Below, in pieces: positions 10,897-21,900 of a DNA stretch of 64,000 nucleotides. The stretch is from Somniosus microcephalus (taxonomy: Eukaryota): positions 162,936,001 to 163,000,000 of the forward strand of contig CM126207.1 of NCBI GenBank assembly GCA_052327205.1, read 5' to 3'. The notes beneath the pieces were generated by a model. It searched no databases, was not told the origin of the DNA, and saw nothing but the letters and a program-made list of their open reading frames with translations. How positions within the stretch are numbered: the first letter of the stretch is position 1; each line of letters starts with the position of its first letter. Made by a program: the position numbers and the translations under genes.

Positions 10897-12957
10897 TGTA
10901 AGGTTTGCAAGAATTTCGGAAAATTGCTACTGCCCCCGAAGATTACTTTTGATTAAAGAAAACCTGGGTGGAATATAACTTAAAAACCCAAGGTATCAAA
11001 ATGGCTGTCAGGCCTCGTGGCAGAAGACAAAGACAGCCTGCTTGTATATCTTCAATCACGGGCTGAAAGGATTTGAAAAAAACACCAGCCTGCGAGAATG
11101 TTGAAGTACTTGACACTGTCAATCAACTGCAGTTTAGGAAGTTTCACCCGCAGGACAATGGATGTTTGTTTACAGAACTCTCTACAATGTTGACTCAAAT
11201 GCTTAAGTACTTAAAGCTGTCAATCAATTGCGGTTGGGCGGTGCCGCAGGACAATGCTTTGTTTACAAAGCACTTGAGTGCTGTTGACTGAAATTCAGTA
11301 GGACATTTCAAACTGGTCGCAAGCCAGTCAAATGAATGGGAAAACACATTCAAACCCATTACAGTCAATGGGGACAGATCAATCCCTTTTGTATAGCCCA
11401 GATACATCCAGATTTGGGCACCAAGATAACGGCTGCCAATGGGGTATAAAGATAGCCCCTCAGGAAGCCACATTCTCTCTCTCTCTCTTGCCTCGCCTCC
11501 GTGCCCTGCCTACAAGAAGAACAGCTCAGCAGCCCGCCCAAAGAAGTGGAATACCAGCAGTTACTTTGAATTACTGGGGTATCTCTACTTCAGGGCGGTG
11601 AAGAATCCAAGGCAGACCGCAAGGGCACGGAGCAGGCATTTACTGGTGAGCATAAAACTTTCTGGCCCATTACAAGGCAACCTAGATAGGTATAAGGGGT
11701 GGGAATTAAAGGGGAATTTTGTTAAATCATAATTTTAGTCAATTTTCACTCGATGTGTCCGTTTCTCCTCCCCTATTCAGTAAAGGTGTGCTGTATTAAG
11801 CAAAGGTGTCCTGTATTAAGCAAAACAGTGCTGTATTAAGCAAAGATGTGCTGTATTAAGCAAAGGTGAGCTGTATTAAGCAAAGGTGTGTTGTATTCAT
11901 TATTTTCAATGTATTTCCTTTTATTTTCATAAATACTGGTCTTCTTTGCACCCAACCACGAGTCTCGTTTTGTCTATATCGCTACTGAAATAAGTCCGGC
12001 GGTCAGAACCAGAAAAGGGGAGCGATTCGAAACTGCACGGGGCTCTGGAGCAGCTAATATATGTCAGGGTTGGGGAGCCACGGGGCCGTGCTCTCCGGGC
12101 AAGGTAGGTTCTGGACCCAAGTGCAGAAACCAGGCTAGAGGCAGGTATACAATCTTAAGGAACAGCACTTTATTCATTACTTAATTAGATTCACACATAA
12201 CTAGATTCATACAAGGAACACAACAGCATGCGTAAGAACTCGAGACAGGAACACCACATCATAAATAGAACTCGAGAGAAGAACAATATACATAGAACTC
12301 GAGACAAGTTACAAAACTGCTAGTCAAGAATAGGAACTCAGGACAGCTTCCATGAGGCAACATACTTGTCCACACTGAGCTGGGATAAGCTTACCACAAG
12401 CGCAACCAGCTTGCCGAGACGGGACTCGAGACAACCTATCACGAGGGGCTGCCGTGGGGTAACAGGCTTCTCAATAGAGCTCAAGACAAGCGCCAGCATG
12501 GCAACACGCCAGTCCAGTCCAGCACCTTATCAAGACTAAGAAAACAAGGACACAAAGTTAGTTACATCTTAAATACAGAGCTCGAGAATACATCTTAAAT
12601 ACAAAGCTCGAGAATACATCTTAAATGCAAAGCTCGAGAGAACTATGGCAACCAACTTGGTAAAGCCAGGAGCCACAGAGCAAGGGCTAGTCCCCCCGGT
12701 TACCCGGCTAGGACTGAGCAAGGAATGAAGCAACCACAGAACTTATATACCAAGAAAACCAGGTGCAACCCATGAACAGCTAACAGGCCGTTAAGCATAA
12801 ACACAGGAGGCTAGGAAACAATTAACAAAGGCCTAGAAAACAAACAAGTGAAGGTGCCATCTAGAGGTTACAGAAGGAACTGACTGGCACCCTCACAATA
12901 TACTTCTGACTGACTAGAGACAGTAACCCCAGTACTAACACCCCCGCTATTTCTCCA
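10897..12957 (+). repeat. 3' LTR split by a nested solo LTR
   Basis: Colinear with the 5' LTR to 12061 and resumes at 12898 (atacttctgactgactagagac). Six internal 20-bp units versus four in the 5' LTR. Confidence 0.92.
12062..12897 (-). mobile_element. Solo LTR of a second family nested in the 3' LTR
   Basis: Termini TGTCAGGG...CCCTCACA (imperfect inverted repeat); TSD ATATA (12057-12061 / 12898-12902); TTTATT at ~12169 gives AATAAA on the minus strand; internal CTCGAG-containing repeats. Confidence 0.88.
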
Positions 12958-15900
12958 GTAAGGAGGGCCGGGTGTGAGTGAGGAGGGTGGGGAATGGGTT
13001 TGGAGGGCTGGGAATGTGTTAGGAGGGTTGGGAGTGGGTAAGAAGCCCCCAGTGTGGGTTAGGAGAGTTGGGAGTGGGAAAGGAGGGCCGGGTGTGGGTA
13101 AGGGGGATCGGTTGTGGATAAGGTGGGCCGGGTGTGGGTAAGGAGCGACTGGTGTGTGTAAGAAGGGTGGGGAGTGGGTTAGGAGGGTCGGGCATGGGTA
13201 AGGAAGGCTGGGTGTGGGCAAGGATGGCTGGGAGTGGGTAAGGAGTGCTGGGTGTGGGCAAGGAGGGCCGTGTGTGGGCAAGGAGGGCCGGGTGTGTGTA
13301 AGGAGGGCCGGGTGTGTGTAAGGAGGGCCGGGTGTGTGTAAGGAGGGCCGGGTGTGAGGAAGTAGAGCTGGGTGTGAGTAAGCAGGGCCGTGTGTCGGTA
13401 AGGAGGGCCGTGTGTGGGTAAAGAGGGCCATGTGTGGGTAAGGAGGGTCGGCTGTGGGTAAGGAGTGCCTGGTGTGGGTTAGGGGGACCGTGTGTGGGTA
13501 AGGAGGGTCGTGTGTGGTTTAGGAGCGCCGGGTGTGGGTTAAGGGGGCCGGGTGTGGGTAAGGAGGGTCAGGTGTGGGTAAGAAGGGTCAGGTGTGGTTA
13601 CGGAGGGCCGGCAGTGGGTAAGGAGGGCCTGCTGTTTGTAAGGAGGTTCGGGTTTGGGTAAGGAGAGCTGTGTGTTGGTAAGGAGGGCTGGGTGTTGGTA
13701 AGAAGTGCTGGGTGTGGGTGAGGAGGGCCGTGTGTATGTAAGGAGAGCCATGTGTTGTTAAGCAGGGCCTGGTGTGGGTAAGGAGGACCGGGTGTGGGTA
13801 AGGAGAGTCGTGTGTGGGTTAGGAGGGCCGTGTGTGGGTAAGGAGGGCCGTGTGTGGGTAAGGAGGGCCTGGTGTGGGTAAGGAGGGTCGAGTGTGGGTA
13901 AGGAGAGTTGTGTGTCAGTTAGGAGGGCCGGTTGTGGGTTAAGAGTGCCGGGTGTGGGTTAGGAGGGTTGAGTGTGGGTAAGTAGGGTCGGCTGTGGGTG
14001 AGGAGGGCTGGGTGTGGGTTAGGAGGGCCAGGTGGGGGTAAGGAGGGCCAGGTGGGGGTAAGGAGAGCTGGGTGTGGGTAAGGAGGGATGCGTGTGCGTA
14101 ATAAGGGTCGGGTGTAGGTAAGGAGGGCCGTGAGTGGGTAAGGAGGGCCGGCTGTGTGTAAGGAGGGTCGGGTGTGGGTAATGAGAGCCGGGTGTGGGGA
14201 AGGGGGGCTGGGTGTGGGTAAGGAGGGCCGGATGTAGGTAAGGAGGGCCGGGAGTGGGTTAGGAGGGCTGTGTGTGGGTAAGGATGGCCGAGTGTGGGTA
14301 AGGAGGGACAAGAGTGTGTAAGGAGCGCACAGTGTGGGTTAGGAGAGTCGGGAGTGGGAAAGGAGGGCAGGGTGAGGGTAAGGGGGATCGGTTGTGGATA
14401 AGGTGAGCTGGGTGTGGGTAAGGAGGGCCGGATGTGAGTAAGGAGGGTGGGGGGTGGGTTAGGAGGTTCGGGCGTGGGTAAGGAGGGCTGGGTGTGGGCA
14501 AGGATGGCTGGGAGTGGGTAAGGAGTGCTGGATGTGGGCAAGGAGGGCCGGGTGTGGGTAAGGAGGGCTGGGTGTGAGGAAGTAGGGCCGGGTGTGAGTA
14601 AGAAGGGCCGTGTGTGGGTAATTAGGGCCGTGTGTGGGTAAGGAGGGCTGGGTGTGGGTTAGGAGGGTCGTGTGTGGTTTAGGAGGCCCGGGTGTGGGTA
14701 AGGGGGGCCAGGTGTGGGTAAGGAAGGTCATGTGTGGGTAAGAAGTGTCTGGTGTGGTTACGGAGGGCTGGCAGTGGGTAAGGAGGGCCTGCTGTTTGTA
14801 AGGAGTGTCAGGTGAGGGTAAGGAGAGCCGTGTGTGGGTAAGGAGGGCTGGGTGTGGGTAAGGAGAGCCATGTGTGGGTAAGCAGGGCCTGGTGTGGGTA
14901 AGGAGGGCCAGGTGTGGGTAAGGAGAGTCGTGTGTGTGCTAGGAAAGCTGGGTGTGGGTAAGGAGGGCAGTGTGTGGGTAAGGAGGGCCGGGTGTGGGTT
15001 AGGAGGGCCGGGTGTGGATTAGAAGGGCCGGGTGTAGGTTAGGAGGGCTGAGTGTTAGTAAGTAGGGGCGGCTGTGTGTGAGGAGGGCCGGGTGTGGGTA
15101 AGGAGGGCCGGGTGTGGGTAAGGAGGGATGCGTGTAGTTAAGGAGGGCCGGGAGTGGGTAAGGAGACCCGGCTGTGTGTAAGGAGAGCCGGGTGTGGGTA
15201 AGGGTGGGCTGAGTGTGGGTAAGGAGGGCCGGATGTGGGTAAGGAGGGCCGGGAGTGGGTTAGGAGGGCTGTGTGTGGGTAAGGATGGCCGTGTGTGGGT
15301 AAGGATGGCCGTGTGTGGGTAAGGATGGCCTGGTGTGGGGAAGGAGAGCCGGGTGTGGGTAAGGAGTGTCGTTTGTAGTTAGGAGGGCCGTGCGTGTGTA
15401 AGGAGGACCGTGTGTGGGTGAGGAGGGCTGTGTGTGGGTGAGGAGGACCAGGTGTGGGTAAGGAGGGCCGTGTGTGGGTAAGCAGGGTCAGGAGTGGGTT
15501 AGGAAGGTCGGGTGTAGATAAGGAGGGCCGGGAGTGGGCAATGAGGGCTGGGAGTGGGCAATGAGGGCCAGGAGTGGGCAATGAGGGCCGGGAGTGGGCA
15601 ATGAGTGCCGGGAGTGGGCAATGAGGGCCGGGAGTGGGCAATGAGGGCCGGGAATGAGCAACGATGGCCGGGAGTGGGTAATGATGGGTGTGGGTCAGGA
15701 GGGCCGGGTTTGGGTCAGGAGGGCCGGGTTTGGGTCAGGAGGGCCGGGAGTGGGTCAGGAGGGCCGGGAGTGGGTAAGCTGAGCCGGGTGAGTGTAAGGA
15801 GTGCCGGGTGTGTGTAAGGAGTGCCAGGTGTGGGTAAGGAGGGCCGGGAGTGGGTAAGGAGGGCCGGGTGTGGGTAAGGAGGGCCGGGTGTGGGTAAGGA

Positions 15901-18900
15901 AGGCCGGGTGTGGGTAAGGAGGGCCGGGAGTGGGTAAGGAGGGCCGGGTGTGGGTAAGGAGGGCCGGATGTGGGTAAGGAGGGCCGGATGTGTTTATGGA
16001 GGGCTGGCTGTGGTTAAGGAGGGCCGAGTGTGGTTAAGGAGGGCCGAGTGTGGTTAAAGAGGGCCGAGTGTTGTTAAGGAGGGCCGAGTGTTGTTAAGGA
16101 GGGCCGTTTGTTTGTAACCAGGTAGGGTGTGCGTAAGGAGTGCCGCGTTTGTGTAAGGAGGGCCGGATGTGGATAAGGAGGGCCGGGAGTGGGTAGGGAA
16201 GGCCGGGAGTGGGTAAGGAGGGCCGGGAGTGGCTGAGGAGGGCCGGGAGTGGCTATGGAGGGCCGGGAGTGGCTAAGGAGGGCCAAATGTGGTTAAGGAG
16301 GGCGGGTGTGGGTAAGTAGGACCGGGAGTATGTAAGGAGGGCCGGGAGTGGGTAAAGAGGTCTGGGTGTGGATAAGGATGGCCGGGTGTGGGTAAGGAAA
16401 GTTGGGTGTGGTTAGCGAGGGCTGGCTGTGGCCAAGGAGGGCCGGCTGCGGCCAAGGAGGGCCGGCTGCGGCCAAGGAGGGCCGGCTGCGGGCAAGGAGG
16501 GCCGGCTGCGGGCAAGGAGGGCCGGCTGTGGTCAAGGAGGGCCGGCTGTGGTCAAGTAGGGCCGGCTGTGGGCAAGTCGGGCCGGGTGTGGGCAAGGAGG
16601 GCCAGCTGCGGGCAAGGAGGGCCATGTGTTTGAAACCAGGCAGGGTGTGGCTAATGAGGGCCGGGTGTGTGAAACCAGGTAGGGTGGTGCTAAGGAGGGC
16701 CGGGTGTGTGATAGGAGGGCTGGTCGAGGGTAAACAGTGCCAGGTGTGTGTAAGGAGGGCCGGGTGTGGGTGAGGAGGGCCGTGTGTGGGTGAGGAGGGC
16801 CGGGTGTGGGTAAGGAGGTTTGTGTGTGGGTAAGGAGGGTCAGGAGTGGGTTAGGAAGGTCGGGTGTGGATAAGGAGGTTCGGCTCTGGGCAATGAGGGC
16901 CGGGAGTGGGCAATGAGAGCCAGGAGTGGGCAATGAGGGCCGGGTGTGGGTGAGGAAGGCCGGGTGAGGGTGAGGAGGGCTGGGTGTGGGTGAGGAAGGC
17001 CGGTTGAGGGTGAGGAGGGCCGGGTGAGGGTGAGGAAGGCCGGGTGAGGGTGAGGAGGGCCGGGTGAGGGTGAGGAGGGCCGGGTGTGGGTGAGTAGTGC
17101 TGGGTGTGGGTGAGGAGGGCCGGGTGTGGGTGAGGAGGGCCGATAGTGGGTAAGGAGGTTTGTGTGTGGGTAAGGAGTGGCGGGTGTTAGTTATGAATGT
17201 CAGGAGTCGGATAGGAGGTGCGGGTGTGTATTAGGAGGGTCGGGAGTGTGTTAGGAGGTCCGGGAGTGTGTTAGGAGATCCGGGAGTGGGTAAGGAGAGC
17301 CGGCAGTGGGTAAGGGCGGCCGGGAGTGGGTAAGGAGGGCCGGGAGTGGGTAAGGAGGGCCGGGAGTGGGTAAGGAGGGCCGGGAGTGGGAATGGTGGGC
17401 CGGGAGTGGGTATGGAGTGCCGGGAGAGGGTAAGGAGGGCCAGGACAGGGTAAGGAGGGCCGGGAGTGGGTAAGGAGGGCCGGGAGTGGGTAAGGAGGGC
17501 CGGGAGTGGGTAAGGAGGGCCGGGTGTGGGTAAGGAGTGCCGGGTGTGGGTAAGGAGTGCCGGGTGTGGGTAAGGCATGCCGGGTGTGGGTAAGGAATGC
17601 CGGGTGTGTGTAAGGAGGGCCGGGTGTGCGTAAGGAGTGCCGGGTGTGGGTAAGGAGTGCCGGGTGTGGGTAAGGCGTGCCGGGTGTGGGTAAGGAGTGC
17701 CGGGTGTGCGTAAGGAGGGCCGGGTGTGCGTAAGGAGGGCCGGGTGTGGGTAAGGAGGGCCGGCTGTGGGTATGGAGGGCCGGTTGTGGGTAAGGGGGGC
17801 AGGGTGTGGGTAAGGAGGGCCGGGAGTGGGTAAGGAGGGCCGGGTGTGGGTAAGGAGGGCCGGGTGTGGGTAAGGAGGGCCGGGTGTGGGTAAGGAGGGC
17901 CGGGTGTGGGTAACGAGGGCCGGGTGTGCGTAAGGAGGGCCGGGTGTGTTTATGGAGGGCCGGGTAGGGTTAAGGAGGGTGTGTGGTTAAGGAGGGCCGA
18001 GTGTGGTTAAGGAGGGCCGAGTGTGGTTAAGGAGGGCCGAGTGTGGTTAAGGAGGGCCGAGTGTTGTTAAGGAGGGCCGTTTGTTTGTAACCAGGTAGGG
18101 TGTGGGTAAGGAGGGCGGGGAGTGGGTAAGGAGGGCCGCGTGTGTGTAAGGAGGGCCGCGTGAGTGTAAGGAGTGCCGCGTGTGTGTAAAGATGGCTGCG
18201 TGTGTGTAAGGAGGGCCGGATGTGGATAAGGAGGGCCGGGAGTGGGTAAGGACGGCCTGGAGTGGGTAAGGAGGGCCAGGAGTGGCTATGGAAGGCCGGG
18301 AGTGGCTAAGGAGGGCCGGGAGTGGCTAAGGAGGGCCGAGTGTGGTTAAGGAGGGCGGGTGTGGGTAAGGAGGACCGGGAGTATGTAAGGAGGGCCGGGT
18401 GTGGGTAAGGAAAGTTGGGTGTGGTTAGCGAGGGCCGGGTGTGGCCAAGGAGGGCCGGCTGTGGCCAAGGAGGGCCGGCTGCGGGCAAGGATGGCCGGCT
18501 GCGGGCAAGGAGGGCCGGCTGTGGTCAAGGAGGGCCGGCTGTGGTCAAGGAGGGCCGGCTGCGGCCAAGGAGGGCCGGCTGTGGCCAAGGAGGGCCGGCT
18601 GCGGGCAAGGAGGGCCGGCTGCGGGCAAGGAGGGCCGGCTGTGGTCAAGGAGGGCCGGCTGTGGTCAAGTAGGGCCGGCTGTGGGCAAGTCGGGCCGGGT
18701 GTGGGCAAGGAGGGCCGGCTGCGGGCAAGGAGGGCCATGTGTTTGAAACCAGGCAGGGTGTGGCTAATGAGGGCCGGGTGTGTGAAACCAGGTAGGGTGG
18801 TGCTAAGGAGGGCCGGGTGTGTGATAGGAGGGCCGGGCGAGGGTAAACAGTGCCAGGTGTGTGTAAGGAGGGCTGGGTGTGGGTGAGGAGGGCCGTGTGT

Positions 18901-21900
18901 GGGTGAGGAGGGCCGGGTGTGGGTAAGGAGGTTTGTGTGTGGGTAAGGAGGGTCAGGAGTGGGTTAGGAAGGTCGGGTGTGGATAAGGAGGTTCGGCTCT
19001 GGGCAATGAGGGCCGGGAGTGGGCAATGAGAGCCAGGAGTGGGCAATGAGGGCCGGGTGTGGGTGAGGAAGGCCGGGTGAGGGTGAGGAGGGCTGGGTGT
19101 GGGTGAGGAAGGCCGGTTGAGGGTGAGGAGGGCCGGGTGAGGGTGAGGAAGGCCGGGTGAGGGTGAGGAGGGCCGGGTGAGGGTGAGGAGGGCCGGGTGT
19201 GGGTGAGTAGTGCTGGGTGTGGGTGAGGAGGGCCGGGTGTGGGTGAGGAGGGCCGATAGTGGGTAAGGAGGTTTGTGTGTGGGTAAGGAAAGTTGGGTGT
19301 GGTTAGCGAGGGCCGGGTGTGGCCAAGGAGGGCCGGCTGTGGCCAAGGAGGGCCGGCTGTTGCCAAGGAGGGCCGGCTGTGGGCAAGGAGGGCTGGCTGT
19401 GGGCAAGGAGGGCCAGCTTTGGGCAAGGAGGGCCGGCTGTTGCCAAGGAGGGCCGGCTGTGGGCAAGGAGGGCCGGCTGTAGGCAAGGAGGGCCGGCTGT
19501 TGCCAAGGAGGGCCGGCTGTGGGCAAGGAGGGCCGGCTGTGGGCAAGGAGGGCCGGCTGTGGGCAAGGAGGGCCGGCTGTAGGCAAGGAGGGCCGGCTGT
19601 TGCCAAGGAGGGCCGGCTGTGGGCAAGGAGGGCTGGCTGTGGGCAAGGAGGGCCGGCTGTAGGCAAGGAGGGCCAGCTTTGGGCAAGGAGGGCCGGCTGT
19701 GGGCAAGGAGGGCCAGCTTTGGGCAAGGAGGGCCGGCTGTGGGCAAGGAGGGCCAGCTTTGGGCAAGGAGGGCCGGCTGTGGGCAAGGAGGGCCAGCTTT
19801 GGGCAAGGAGGGCCGGCTGTGGGCAAGGAGGGCCGGCTGTGGGCAAGGAGGGCCGGCTGTGGTTAAGGAGGGCCGTGTGTGGATAAGGAGGTCCGGATGT
19901 GGGTAAGGAGGGCCGGGATTGGGTAAGAAGTGCCGGGTGTGGGTAAGTAGGGTCGAGTGTGGGTAAGGAGGACCGGGCGTGGGTAATGAGGGCTGGGTGT
20001 TGGTAAGGATGGCCAGGTGTTGGTAAGAGGCCGGGTGGGGTTAAGGAGAGCTGTGTGTAGGTAAGGAGTGGCGGGTGTGCGTACGGAGGGTCGGGTCCGT
20101 GTTGGAGGGTCGGATGTGGGTAAGGAGGGTCGGATGTTTGTTACGAGGTCCGGGTGTGGGTGAGGAGCGCCGGGTGTGGGTGAGGAGGGCCAGGTGTGGG
20201 TGAGGAGGGCCGGGTGTGGGTGTGGAGGGCCGTGTGTGGGTGAGGAGGGCCAGGTGTGGCTGAGGAGGGCCGGGAGTGGGTGAGGAGGGCCGGGTGAGGG
20301 TGAGGAGAGCCGGGTGAGGGTGAGGAGGGCCGGATGAGGGTGAGGACGGCCAGGTGAGGGTGAGGAGGGCCGGGTGTGGGTGAGGAGGGCCGTGTGTGGG
20401 TGAGGAGGGCCGTGTGTGGGTAAGGAGTGGTGGGTGTCGGTAAGGAATGTCAGAAGTGGGTTAGGAGGGGCGGGTGTGTATTAGGAGGGTCAGGAGTGTG
20501 TTAGGAAGTCCGGGAGTGTGTTAGGAGGTCCGGGAGAGGGTAAGGAGGGCCGGGAGTGGGTAAGGAGGGCCGGGACTGGGTAATGAGGGCCGGGTGTGGG
20601 TAAGGAGGGCCGGGTGTGGGTAAGGAGGGCCGGGTGTGGGTAAGGAGGGCCGGGAGTGGGTAAGGAGGGCCCAGTGTAGGTAAGGAGGGCCGGGTGTGGG
20701 TAAGGAGGGCCGGGTGTGGGTAAGGAGGGCCGGTTGTGTTTATGGAGGGCCGGGTGTGGTTAAGGAGGGCCGAGTGTGGTTAAGGAGGGCCGAGTGTTGT
20801 TAAGGAGGGCCGAGTGTTGTTAAGGAGGGCCGTTTGTTTGTAACCAGGTAGGGTGTGGGTAAGGAGGGCGGGGAGTGGGTAAGGAGGGCCGCGTGTGTGT
20901 AAGGAGGGCCGCGTGAGTGTAAGGAGTGCCGCGTGTGTGTAAGCAGTGCTGCGTGTGTGCAAGGAGGGCTGCGTGTGTGTAAGTAGGGCCGGATGTGGAT
21001 AAGGAGGGCCGGGAGTGGGTAAGGAGGGCCAGGAGTGGCTAAGCAGGGCCGGGAGTGTGTTAGGAGGGCCGGGCGTCGGTAAGCAGGGCCGGGTGTGGGT
21101 AAGGAGGGATGCGAGTGTGTAAGGAGGGCTGGGAGTGCGTAAGGAGAGCTGTCTGTGGTTAAGGAGTGTCAGGAGTGTGTTAGAAGGGCCGGGTTTGGTT
21201 TGGAGGGCCGGGTTTGGGTTTGGATGGCCAGGTGTGGGTAAGGCGGGCCAGGTGTGGGTAAGGCGGGCCGGGTGTGGCCAAGGAGGGCCGGGAGTGGCCA
21301 AGGAGGGCTGGGAGTGGCCAAGGAGGGCCGTGTGTGGCCAAGGAGGGCGGGGTGTGGGTAAGGAGGGCGGGGTGTAGGTAAGGAGGGTCAGGAGTGTGTT
21401 TGGTGGTTCGGGTGTTGGTAAGGAGGGCCGTGTGTGGGTAAGGCGGGCCGTGTGTGGGGAAGGATGGCCGTGTATTGGTAAGGAGGGCCGGGAGTGGATA
21501 AGGAGGGTCGTGTTTGTGTAAGGAGGTTCGGGAGTGGGTAAGCAGGGCCGGGTGTGGGTAAGGATGGCCGGGTGTGGGAAAGGAGGGCAGTATGTGGGGA
21601 AGGCGGGCCGTGTGTGGGTAAGACGGGCCGTGTGTGGGTAAGGCTGGCCGTGTGTGGGTAAGGCGGGCCGTGTGTGTGTAAGGCGGGCCGTGTGTGGGTA
21701 TGGCGGGCCGTGTGTGGGTGAGGAGGGTTGTGTGTGGGTGAGGAGGGTCGTGTGTGGGTGTGGAGGGCCGGGTGTGGGTGAGGAGGGCCGGGTGTGGGTG
21801 AGGAGGGCCGGGTGTTGTTGAGGAGCGCCGGGTGTGGGTGAGGAGCGCCGGGTGTGGGTGAGGATGGCCGGGTGTGGGTGAGGAGGGCCGGGTGTGGGTG

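Larger units (their letters stand above)
7735..12957 (+). mobile_element. Non-autonomous LTR retroelement (ERV/Gypsy-like) with ~1.2-kb LTRs and a ~2-kb internal region lacking pol
   Basis: LTRs TGTAAG...CTACA (7735-8917) and TGTAAG...CTCCA (10897-12957, interrupted). 4-bp TSD GTAA (7731-7734 / 12958-12961). PBS at 8920. Purine-rich GATGGGGGAC immediately before the 3' LTR. Confidence 0.93.
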
